Of a stretch of 10,485 nucleotides of DNA, positions 1 to 7,508 are shown one piece after another. The stretch is taken from NCBI GenBank assembly GCA_965213685.1, contig CBDBZY010000001.1, positions 1 through 10,485 on the forward strand. The letters are read 5' to 3'. The notes beneath the pieces were generated by a model that searched no databases, had not been told where the DNA came from, and was given only the letters and a program-made list of their open reading frames with translations. Origin of the DNA: a bacterium (lineage in GTDB: Bacteria > UBA8248). The position numbers and the translations under genes were made by a program. How positions within the stretch are numbered: position 1 is the stretch's first letter; each line of letters begins with the position of its first letter.

Positions 1-2
1 GA

Positions 3-545
3 CAGCGGAGGTTCGCCGAGGCTCTCCCCCATTTCCAAAGGGCGGTGCGGTTGCAGCCCGGCGGGGAGAATTATCTCTACTCCCTCGCCACCACGTTTTA
101 TGAGCTCAGGCGCTGGGACGACGTGGAGGCGGTGGCGAGAGAGATCATTCAGAAAAATCCAAGACACGCGAACGCCCTGAACCTTCTGGGCTACATGTTC
201 TCCGAGCTCGACAGGAACCTGGACGAGGCGGAGAAACTTCTGGATCGGGCGCTGGCGATTGAGCCGGAAAACGCCGCTTTTCTCGATAGCATGGGATGGG
301 TTTACTACCGCCAGGGCCGTTTTGAGGAATCGCTCGAGAAGGTGCTGCACGCGGCGATGAAGATGCCGAAAGACGCCGTCGTCCTCGAGCACCTGGGCGA
401 CATATATCTTGCGCTGGAGGATACGAAAAACGCGCTTCTGTACTGGAGGCGCGCCTCCGAGGCGGACCCGAAAAACGAAAAACTGAAAAAAAAGATTCAG
501 CTTCACCTCCAGAAAGGGAAGAAGCCCCCTGCGAAGGGTGGTTGA
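3..545 (+). CDS. Tetratricopeptide-repeat protein, C-terminal part (5'-truncated by the window edge); type usually found upstream of lolB-ispE
   Basis: The frame is open from position 3 (QRRFAEALPHFQRAVRLQP...), upstream of the GTG at 45. Successive TPR units include ALNLLGY, AEKLLDRALAIEPEN, FLDSMGWVYYRQG and VLEHLGDIY. Stop TGA at 543-545. Confidence 0.9.
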   Translation, partial: QRRFAEALPHFQRAVRLQPGGENYLYSLATTFYELRRWDDVEAVAREIIQKNPRHANALNLLGYMFSELDRNLDEAEKLLDRALAIEPENAAFLDSMGWVYYRQGRFEESLEKVLHAAMKMPKDAVVLEHLGDIYLALEDTKNALLYWRRASEADPKNEKLKKKIQLHLQKGKKPPAKGG

Positions 546-562
546 TCCTGTGAACCCTCTGC

Positions 563-667
563 CCCGCGCGGGATTCCGCCGCGAAGCTTCCTCAGCTTTC
601 CCGTCGAACCAGACCGGGGGGGCCTGATGATGGCGTCCCGCACGGGATTCCGCCGCGAAGCTTCCTC
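563..667 (+). repeat. 31-bp direct repeat, two copies (563-593 and 637-667), 1 mismatch, 43-nt spacer
   Basis: CCCGC(G/A)CGGGATTCCGCCGCGAAGCTTCCTC read directly; the last 25 bp are identical (569-593 and 643-667). Confidence 0.95.
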
Positions 668-687
668 CCTCTCCTCCCGCAACAGAG

Positions 688-1543
688 ATGTTTGAGCTCT
701 TGCGTATCTTGCGCCTCTCCCCCGTATTCCTGTGCCTGGCGGCGGGCCTGGCCGGTTGCGTCGGCCATGAAGCGTGGAGGGTGCCCCCGCGTGATGCGCC
801 TCGGACGGAAATGCTCGCGAAGCTGCGGCAAAGACGCTACCCCCGCGCGTATCGCGGCGTCGCGTCCGTGCGGCTGCGCCTCTCCCGGAGCCGGGCGAGG
901 GGGGGGATGGCGAATCCGCTGGTCCCCGAGGGTTCGTTTTCCGGCAACGCGGTTCTGGCGCTGCGCGCCCCCGACGCGCTGCGGATCGAACCCCTCTCCC
1001 TCTTCGGCACGCCGCTCATGGTCGTCGTTGCACAGGGGGGCGCGTTTCGCGCCTACTCTCCCGCGCGCAACACGGCATACCTGGGAGAGACGGACAAGCG
1101 GGGGGGTCGAACGGATTCTGGGAATCCCGCTGGATAGCGGGATCCTCGTGAAACTCTTGCTGGGGGATTGGCTGGCTGCGCTCGGCGACGCGAAAGACCT
1201 GCGTGTGAAGAGTCGCGATTCCGCGCATTTGCTGGAGGTGCGGGGAGGAGGAGGCCGGGGAGCGCGCCTGGGGCTCGTGGAGCTGGGGCCGCGAGATGGA
1301 CATCCCCGGAGAGTGGAGATTCCTGCGGAGGGGGGGAAGGTTGTGGTGCGCTACGGCGCGTTTTCCAGGGTCGGGGGGGTGTGGCGGCCCTCCCATGTGG
1401 AGATCGTTGCCGGGCGCGGGGGGGAGAACCGGCTCCACGTCTCGTATCCTCCCGATGGGGGATCGGGGAACGCTGTATTGCCGGACGCATTGTTTCGCCT
1501 CGATCCTCCTCGGGGCGCCAAAACGCTCTGGCTGGGGGGATAG
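688..1543 (+). CDS. LolB/LolA-fold outer-membrane lipoprotein (LolB-like), split by one extra G in the G7 run at 1100-1106; about 284 aa when joined
   Basis: Signal peptide with lipobox LAGC (Cys24). PDALRIEPLSLFGTPL is typical of this fold. ORF 688..1137 joins the frame of ORF 692..1543 if one G is removed (…ETDKRG|VERILGIPL…). C-terminal LPDALFRLDPPRGAK is LolA-like. It occupies the lolB position between the TPR gene and ispE. Confidence 0.72.
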
Positions 1544-1551
1544 CGCGTCTC

Positions 1552-2442
1552 ATGGGCGAGCGGAGAGGAACTGCCGGTGCCGTCGTTTTCCGGACGCCCG
1601 CCAAAGTCAATTTGCGCTTGCGGGTTTTGGGCCTGCGCGGCGACGGCTACCACGAAATCATCACGTGGATGCAGCAGGTATCGCTTTGCGACGAGATTCG
1701 GGTCGAGCCGTGCGGAGAGGGGATTCTTCGCGTGCGCGCGGACCGCGACGACGTGCCGTGCGGCAGGGAAAACGTCGCGCACCGGGCGGCGAGTGCGCTG
1801 AGGAGGGCGGCGGGGTGCCAGGAGCTCGGCGCGCGCATCTATCTGAAAAAAAACATTCCCGCGGGCGCGGGCCTGGGGGGCGGCAGCGGAAACGCGGCGG
1901 GAGTCCTCTGGGCTCTGAACCGGGCGTGGGGCCTCGGGATGCGCGGGGCGGAATTGACCGACATCGCCGCGCGGGTCGGTTCGGACGTTCCGTTTTTTCT
2001 CCACGGCCCGGCGGCGGTGTGCCGGGGACGCGGCGAGCGAATCGAGAAGAAAGAGGCGTTGAGAAGCGGTTGGTTTCTGCTGGTCAAGCCGCCGGTGAGC
2101 CTGTCGACCCGCGACGTCTACGCCTGGTCTCGGGAGGAATTGCGCCGGCAGGAGCGAATTTTTGTCGAAGAACAAATCCCGACGCGCATCGGTCACCATG
2201 AATATGGCAACGATTTGCAACCCATCGTTTTCGCAAAATTTCCGTGCCTGGAGAGCTTGCGCGACATGCTCCTGCGCCACGGCGCCCGAAGGGCGATGAT
2301 GAGCGGAAGCGGCTCGACGATTTTCGGGATTTTCCGGACCAAGGGGGAGGCCGAGCGGGCGGCGGCCAGCGTCCGGGACGCCCAAAGGGGCGAGGGTTTC
2401 ATCACCAAACCCTTGCAGGAGGCGTTTTTCAGCGAAAAATAG
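1552..2442 (+). CDS. ispE: 4-diphosphocytidyl-2-C-methyl-D-erythritol kinase
   Basis: PAKVNLRLRV, DGYHEI, GHMP kinase ATP loop KNIPAGAGLGGGSGNAA, GSDVPFFL, GRGE and MSGSGSTIFG. Start moved to ATG 1552, just after the lipoprotein stop; the ORF-track start at 1168 overlaps the upstream gene. Confidence 0.96.
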   Translation: MGERRGTAGAVVFRTPAKVNLRLRVLGLRGDGYHEIITWMQQVSLCDEIRVEPCGEGILRVRADRDDVPCGRENVAHRAASALRRAAGCQELGARIYLKKNIPAGAGLGGGSGNAAGVLWALNRAWGLGMRGAELTDIAARVGSDVPFFLHGPAAVCRGRGERIEKKEALRSGWFLLVKPPVSLSTRDVYAWSREELRRQERIFVEEQIPTRIGHHEYGNDLQPIVFAKFPCLESLRDMLLRHGARRAMMSGSGSTIFGIFRTKGEAERAAASVRDAQRGEGFITKPLQEAFFSEK

Positions 2443-2513
2443 CGAAAAATGGCAGAAAGTTCGCTGAAATTCGCAAGACAAGGAGAAATAAAGGGAATTT
2501 ATCGCCCCGAGAC

Positions 2514-2545
2514 TTGCCTCTGTCTGGAAAATCGAGTATCAAAAT
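2514..2545 (+). promoter_or_regulatory. Possible sigma70 promoter for prs-rplY-pth
   Basis: TTGCCT (2514-2519), 17 nt, TATCAA (2537-2542), preceded by AT-rich sequence. The -10 match is imperfect. Confidence 0.3.
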
Positions 2546-2596
2546 CGCTCTTTGTGGTGGGGAATGCACAACGGCGACAGCGGGTGAGTCGGGACG

Positions 2597-3541
2597 GTGA
2601 CGGGACATCAGATCAAGGTATTTGCCGGGCGCTCGAATCCAGGTCTGAACCAGAGCATTTTCGAGTCTTTGGGCATTCAGCCGGGCTTGATTGAAATCAT
2701 CGACTTCAGCGATGGCGAGACGTTTGTCCGGATACAGGAGAACATCAGGGGGGCGGACGTATTCGCCGTCCAGAGCCTGTGCACTCCGGGGAATGCGAAC
2801 CTCATGGAGATGCTCATCATGCTCGATGCGTTTCGGCGATCCTCGGCTGAGCGCATCACGGCGGTGATTCCTTATTTCGCGTATGCCCGCCAGGACAGAA
2901 AGGTGCAGCCCCGGGTGCCGATTACCGCGAAGCTCGTCGCCAATTTGCTGGCCGCCGCAGGGGCGGATCGCGTCATAACGATGGATTTGCACGCCGGTCA
3001 GATACAGGGCTTCTTCGATATCCCGGTGGACCACCTGTATGCGGCGCCCATCATGATTGAGTATTTCCAGAGCAAAGGGCTCAAGGACGTGGTGGTCGTC
3101 TCCCCTGACGCCGGGGGCGTCGAGAGGGCGCGATACTACGCGAGGAGGCTGAATGCGGGGCTCGGGATCATTGACAAACGGCGGGAGCGGGCCAACGAGT
3201 CGGAGGTGATGAACATCATCGGCGACGTGCGGGGGTGCGACGTCCTGGTCGTGGATGATCTGTGCGATACGGCGGGAACCATCAGCCAGGGTGCCGAGGC
3301 GCTTATCAAAGCCGGCGCGCGTCGGGTATATTCGTGTTGTACGCACGCGGTTCTGTCCGGCCCGGCAGTGGAGAGAATCGAGAACTCGGGCATCGTGGAA
3401 TTCGTGGTCAGCAATTCCATTCCGCTTTCAGCAGAAGGGAGGGGAACCTCGCGCATCAAGGTCTTGGGAGTCGGGAAACTTCTGGCGGAGGCGATTCGCC
3501 GCATTCACGAGAACGCTTCGGTCAGTAGTCTGTTTGAATAA
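2597..3541 (+). CDS. prs: Ribose-phosphate pyrophosphokinase (PRPP synthetase)
   Basis: FSDGE, PYFAYARQDRK, MDLHAGQIQGFF, VSPDAGG and PRPP-binding loop VVDDLCDTAGT; 314 aa; GTG start. Confidence 0.98.
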   Translation: MTGHQIKVFAGRSNPGLNQSIFESLGIQPGLIEIIDFSDGETFVRIQENIRGADVFAVQSLCTPGNANLMEMLIMLDAFRRSSAERITAVIPYFAYARQDRKVQPRVPITAKLVANLLAAAGADRVITMDLHAGQIQGFFDIPVDHLYAAPIMIEYFQSKGLKDVVVVSPDAGGVERARYYARRLNAGLGIIDKRRERANESEVMNIIGDVRGCDVLVVDDLCDTAGTISQGAEALIKAGARRVYSCCTHAVLSGPAVERIENSGIVEFVVSNSIPLSAEGRGTSRIKVLGVGKLLAEAIRRIHENASVSSLFE

Positions 3542-3586
3542 TTTCAATTTCTCGTGTAGCTGGCGATATATTTGGGGCGACGGAAA

Positions 3587-4256
3587 ATGGAAAAGTTATT
3601 CCTCTCGGCAGAAAAAAGGGCGCGGACGGGAAAAAGCGGCGCCCGTTCCATCAGGCGGGCCGGGGAAGGTGCCCGGCGTCGTGTACGGGATACAGGACCC
3701 TACGCCTTTGACGATTTGTCCGAAGGAGCTGGAGTCTCTGCTCGGCACGCGAGCCGGCAGCAACGTCGTCTTTCAGCTGCGGGTTGCGGGCGAGGCGGCG
3801 GCGGAGCGTCCGGCCATCGTGAAAGAGTTGCAGCGCGACTCGATGAAGGGGACGATCATTCACGCGGATTTTCTGGAAATCCGGATGGATGAGAAGATTC
3901 AGGTCGCCATACCCATCTCGCTGGCGGGAGAGTCTCCCGGAGAGAAACTGGGCGGCACCCTCTCTCAACTCCTTCGGGAGATGGAGGTCGAATGTTTGCC
4001 GCACGCCATCCCGGACGAACTGGCGGTCGACGTGTCGGGGGTGGACATCGGGGACGTGCTCCACGTCCGGGACCTGCGGCTTCCCGAAGGCGTCGCTTTG
4101 GTGACGGACGCAGATGAGCCGGTCTTGACGGTGCTCGCGCCCGTGGAGGAGGAAGGAGAAGCGTCCGAGGACGAATATCTCCAGGCGGAGGCGCCCGCAG
4201 GCGCGGCCGAGCCGGGAGAGAATCCCGCCGAATCTTCTGCCGATGGCACCGCGTAA
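3587..4256 (+). CDS. rplY: 50S ribosomal protein bL25 / general stress protein Ctc (long form), split by one extra G at 3662-3665; about 222 aa when joined
   Basis: N-terminus MEKLFLSAEKRARTGKSGARSIRRAG (from ATG 3587) continues in the +1 frame as KVPGVVYG…IVKELQRD…IIHADF…CLPHAIPDEL.VDVS..DIGD.LHVRDL, with an acidic tail. Canonical prs-rplY-pth order. Confidence 0.93.
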
Positions 4257-4286
4257 GGAGCCGCAGAGGACGAAACAGGGGCGCGG

Positions 4287-4838
4287 ATGGCTACTGCCGC
4301 TTTAATTGTTGGTCTTGGCAATCCCGGCACGGAATATGCGTTGACGAGGCACAATCTGGGATTCTGGGCGGTGGACAGCATGGCCCGCACCCACCGCATC
4401 CCGATGAATGATTGGAAACACCATGCAGTGATGGGCCGCGGGTCGCTCAGAGGCTGGAAGTGTGTGCTTGCGAAGCCTCAGACCTTCATGAACGCGAGCG
4501 GCAGGGCGGTGCGGACGATCCTGCGGGCGGAAGGCTTGGTGCCTGAAGATTTGCTCGTGATTCACGACGATATGGATATCGCCCTCGGTCGCGTGAAGCG
4601 GAAGGAAGCCGGCGGAGACGCGGGCCATAACGGCATTCGCAGCATCATCGAGTCGCTGGGCACGAACGCCTTCTCCCGCTTGCGCGTCGGTCTGGGCCGC
4701 CCGCCCCGGGGTGCGGACGGGGCGGACTGGGTGCTGAAGCCTTTCCGGGCGCATGAGCTGGAAGCGGCGGAGTCCGCCGTGGACGAGGCGGTGCGGCGAG
4801 CGTTTGATTTTGTGGTGGGCGGCGGAGGCAAGCCCTGA
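4287..4838 (+). CDS. pth: Peptidyl-tRNA hydrolase
   Basis: LIVGLGNPG.EY..TRHNLGF, LAKPQTFMNASG, IHDDMD, AGHNGIRSI and RLRVG; 183 aa. Confidence 0.98.
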   Translation: MATAALIVGLGNPGTEYALTRHNLGFWAVDSMARTHRIPMNDWKHHAVMGRGSLRGWKCVLAKPQTFMNASGRAVRTILRAEGLVPEDLLVIHDDMDIALGRVKRKEAGGDAGHNGIRSIIESLGTNAFSRLRVGLGRPPRGADGADWVLKPFRAHELEAAESAVDEAVRRAFDFVVGGGGKP

Positions 4839-4875
4839 GCTGTTAAGAGCGTTCCTGCTCATCTGAGAACAGAAA

Positions 4876-4907
4876 TTGCCGTCCACATACTTCTTGTTAT
4901 GAACAAG
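4876..4907 (+). promoter_or_regulatory. Putative promoter for hppA overlapped by an inverted repeat (operator candidate)
   Basis: TTGCCG (4876-4881), 16 nt, TATGAA (4898-4903) with TG at 4895-4896. Perfect inverted repeat CTTGTT-ATG-AACAAG at 4893-4907. Confidence 0.4.
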
Positions 4908-4933
4908 CCCATTCAGAGGAGGGAAGGGGGATA

Positions 4934-6931
4934 ATGGTTGCTTTCTCAAACATGGCCGCAATCTTCGGGATTGCGGGGTTGATACTGGCGGCGGCGATTT
5001 ACGGCTGGATTTCCAAACAATCCGACGGCAACGATTTGATGAGAAAACTCGCCGGCCAAATTCACGAAGGCGCGATGGTGTTCCTGAAGAGAGAATACAA
5101 GATTCTCGCGGTTTTTGTGCTGGTCGTCTTCATTCTCCTGAGCGTTGCCATATCCACGAAAACGGCCATGGCGTTTATCGTCGGCGCCATCTGCTCGGTT
5201 CTCGCCGGTTTTTTTGGGATGAACGCGGCCACGAAGGCGAACGTGCGGACGGCGGCGTCGGCGAATTCAGGCGGCGGCCAGACCGGCGCCCTCTCCATGG
5301 CCTTCTTTGGCGGAACCGTCATGGGACTTTCCGTCGCGAGTCTCGGGCTTGTGGGCGTGGGTGGATTGTTTTGGTATTTTGACGTGCTCGGGAACGCCGT
5401 CAACGTGAGCGTCATCAATGGTTTTTCCATGGGCGCCAGCTCCATCGCGCTGTTCGCCCGCGTGGGGGGCGGCATTTTTACCAAAACCGCTGACGTGGGC
5501 GCGGACCTCGTCGGAAAGGTGGAGGAAAATATCCCGGAGGACGACCCGAGAAACCCGGCGGTGATCGCCGACAACGTGGGGGATTGCGTGGGCGACGTCG
5601 CCGGAATGGGAGCCGACCTGTTTGAATCCTACGTGGGCGCCATCATTTCGACGATATTCATCGGCTCCACGATAGGCACCGCCCTGGGCGCCAACAGCTC
5701 GGCGGTCATGGCGCTGCCCCTGCTGCTGGCCATGATGGGCTTGATCGCCTCCTCCATCGGCATCGCCTCCATGAAGGTGCTGGCCTCGAAAAATCCGGCC
5801 GTCGCACTCAGGAGCGCCACGGGAATCGCGACGCTCATATTTGTCGTCCTGGCGTATTTCGTCACGAGCACCCTCGGTCTGAAGGGCGGCGTGTTCGGCT
5901 CCGTGCTCTTTGGCGCGGGCGGGGGCATTTTGATCGGCTGGCTCACCGAGTATTACACGGGAACGGGCGGCAAGCCCGTCGGCGAGATCGTCGCCGCGTC
6001 CGAGACGGGGGTGGCGACGAATATCATCGGCGGCTTTGCGGTGGGCCTGGAGAGCGTGTGCGCCCCCTTGATAGTGTTGGCGGTCGTTACCCTGGTTTCC
6101 AACAACTGGGCGGGTCTCTACGGCATCTCCATCGCTGCCGTGGGAATGCTGGCGACGATTGGAATCACGATGTCGGTTGACGCCTATGGCCCGATAGCCG
6201 ATAACGCGGGCGGAATCACGGAGATGAGCGAACTGGGGCCGGAGACCCGGAAAATCACCGATGGCCTGGACGCGCTCGGAAATACCACGGCGGCCATCGG
6301 CAAGGGGTTTGCCATCGGCTCCGCCGCTTTGACGGCGCTCGCTTTTTACGCCGCATACACGAAGGCGGCCGATCTGAAGCAGATTGACCTGACGCAGGCC
6401 AAGGTCGTCGCCGGCATGTTCATCGGCGGTGCGATTCCATTCCTGATCGGCGCGCTCACCATGAAATCCGTCGGGAAAGCCGCGTTCATCATGATTCAGG
6501 AGATCAGGCGCCAGTTCCGCGAGATTCCCGGCATCATGGAGGGCAAGGCGGACCCCGACAGCGCGCGCTGCATTGACATCAGCACCCAGGCGGCTCTCCG
6601 GGAAATGGTGGCCCCGGGGATTACGGCGGTTATCGCTCCCATAGTGGTGGGCTATCTGATGGGGAAAGAGGCTTTGGGCGGGATGCTCGCCGGCGCCTTG
6701 CTCTCGGGTGTTCTCGTCGCTCTGCTCATGGCGAACGCCGGCGGTGCCTGGGACAATGCGAAAAAAGAGATAGAGGATGGCAAGCTGGGCGGCAAGGGTT
6801 CCGAGGCCCACAAGGCGGCGGTCGTGGGCGATACGGTGGGAGACCCGATGAAGGACACGTCGGGCCCGTCGATGAACATCTTGATCAAGCTGATGTCCAT
6901 CGTCTCCCTCGTCTTGGCGCCGCTTTTCTGA
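4934..6931 (+). CDS. hppA: Membrane-integral pyrophosphatase, K+-dependent, probably Na+-translocating
   Basis: Highly hydrophobic, 665 aa. Family motifs [59 protein letters not shown] and [20 protein letters not shown] indicates K+ dependence, and the Glu position in ADLFESY matches Na+-PPases. Purine-rich RBS upstream. Confidence 0.96.
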   Translation: MVAFSNMAAIFGIAGLILAAAIYGWISKQSDGNDLMRKLAGQIHEGAMVFLKREYKILAVFVLVVFILLSVAISTKTAMAFIVGAICSVLAGFFGMNAATKANVRTAASANSGGGQTGALSMAFFGGTVMGLSVASLGLVGVGGLFWYFDVLGNAVNVSVINGFSMGASSIALFARVGGGIFTKTADVGADLVGKVEENIPEDDPRNPAVIADNVGDCVGDVAGMGADLFESYVGAIISTIFIGSTIGTALGANSSAVMALPLLLAMMGLIASSIGIASMKVLASKNPAVALRSATGIATLIFVVLAYFVTSTLGLKGGVFGSVLFGAGGGILIGWLTEYYTGTGGKPVGEIVAASETGVATNIIGGFAVGLESVCAPLIVLAVVTLVSNNWAGLYGISIAAVGMLATIGITMSVDAYGPIADNAGGITEMSELGPETRKITDGLDALGNTTAAIGKGFAIGSAALTALAFYAAYTKAADLKQIDLTQAKVVAGMFIGGAIPFLIGALTMKSVGKAAFIMIQEIRRQFREIPGIMEGKADPDSARCIDISTQAALREMVAPGITAVIAPIVVGYLMGKEALGGMLAGALLSGVLVALLMANAGGAWDNAKKEIEDGKLGGKGSEAHKAAVVGDTVGDPMKDTSGPSMNILIKLMSIVSLVLAPLF

Positions 6932-6991
6932 GCGCCCGAAAAACACGCCTTCCGGCGCCTCGCGGAGTTGCCGTGGTCTGCCGGGGCGATG

Positions 6992-7002
6992 TGTGCTAAC
7001 CT
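6992..7002 (+). promoter_or_regulatory. Putative extended -10 promoter for the rpsF operon
   Basis: TGTGCTAACCT fits TRTGnTAnnnT. It would start transcription at about 7008-7010, just upstream of the S6:S18 leader. Confidence 0.45.
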
Positions 7003-7019
7003 TTTTTGGCCATGGCGAG

Positions 7020-7069
7020 CTCCTCGCTCCGGTCGGCAGAGGCCGGGGCCGCTCAGTCCGGGAGGAGGA
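7020..7069 (+). promoter_or_regulatory. S6:S18 ribosomal-protein autoregulatory leader RNA (rpsF leader)
   Basis: Outer stem CTCCTC (7020-7025) pairs with the SD GAGGAG (7062-7067). Inner stem GCTCCGGTC (7026-7034) pairs with GGCCGGGGC (7041-7049). A CCG (7049-7051) lies at the junction. This matches the known rpsF leader architecture. Confidence 0.78.
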
Positions 7070-7077
7070 CGAGAAGG

Positions 7078-7488
7078 ATGAAGCAATACGAAACGATGGT
7101 TTTGTTGTCCCCGGAACTCACCGACGAAACCGTGGAGGAGAAGATATCGGGTTTCGAGAAGCAGGTGACGGAGGGGGGCGGAGAAGTCCTGGGCGTGGAT
7201 CGATGGGGCAAGAAGCGCCTCGCCTACCCGATCAACCGCCAGCGGCACGGGATATATTTCATCGTCACCTATCATGCGGAGCCGGCGGTGGTGTCCAATA
7301 TCGAGCGTGACATGCGCATCGATGAGCAGACGTGGCGCTACATGACGGTGCGCATGGACGAAGCCCTCCTGCGCAAGCTCGAGAAAAACGCAAAAAGCGC
7401 CGCCGCCAGGGAGAGGGAAGGCGCCTCGGGGGGCGGCGATGAGCGTCGTTCTTCCCGCCGGGCCGATTCCGGCGCGTCGAGGGACTAG
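7078..7488 (+). CDS. rpsF: 30S ribosomal protein bS6
   Basis: MKQYETMVLLSPEL, WGKKRLAYPI, GIYFIV and RYMTVR. Start ATG 7078 follows GGAGGAGG; the ORF-track start at 7006 lies upstream of the leader. Confidence 0.97.
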   Translation: MKQYETMVLLSPELTDETVEEKISGFEKQVTEGGGEVLGVDRWGKKRLAYPINRQRHGIYFIVTYHAEPAVVSNIERDMRIDEQTWRYMTVRMDEALLRKLEKNAKSAAAREREGASGGGDERRSSRRADSGASRD

Positions 7489-7508
7489 TCAATGGGGGGA
7501 GCGTCGTC

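Noticed and set aside
563-667. Mini CRISPR array (31-bp repeats, 43-nt spacer)
   Set aside because: Only two copies, no cas genes, no AT-rich leader, no typical repeat terminus, and it sits inside a housekeeping operon.
616-670. Hammerhead ribozyme (CTGATGA followed by a hairpin)
   Set aside because: The hairpin is followed by GCGAAG rather than GAAA, the stem II closing pair does not fit, and I found no convincing stems I and III.
1168-1551. 128-aa N-terminal extension of IspE in the ORF track
   Set aside because: It overlaps the lipoprotein C-terminal half in another frame; IspE motifs begin just after ATG 1552.
3255-3586. Long N-terminal extension of the 333-aa ORF containing bL25
   Set aside because: It is an alternative frame within prs; the true bL25 N-terminus starts at 3587 in another frame.
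1100-3665. Systematic quadruplet GGGG=Gly decoding explaining both frameshifts
   Set aside because: In-frame GGG-G contexts are read normally elsewhere (for example AGG GGG GGG ATG at 898-909). Homopolymer error is simpler.
5267-6946. 559-aa antisense ORF, and similar ones at 1351-2481, 2429-3346 and 9524-10408
   Set aside because: These are shadow ORFs opposite well-conserved genes, expected from high-GC codon bias, with no recognisable motifs.
6932-6958. Hairpin after hppA as a terminator
   Set aside because: Imperfect stem (GCGCCCGAA/TTCCGGCGC) with no U tract.
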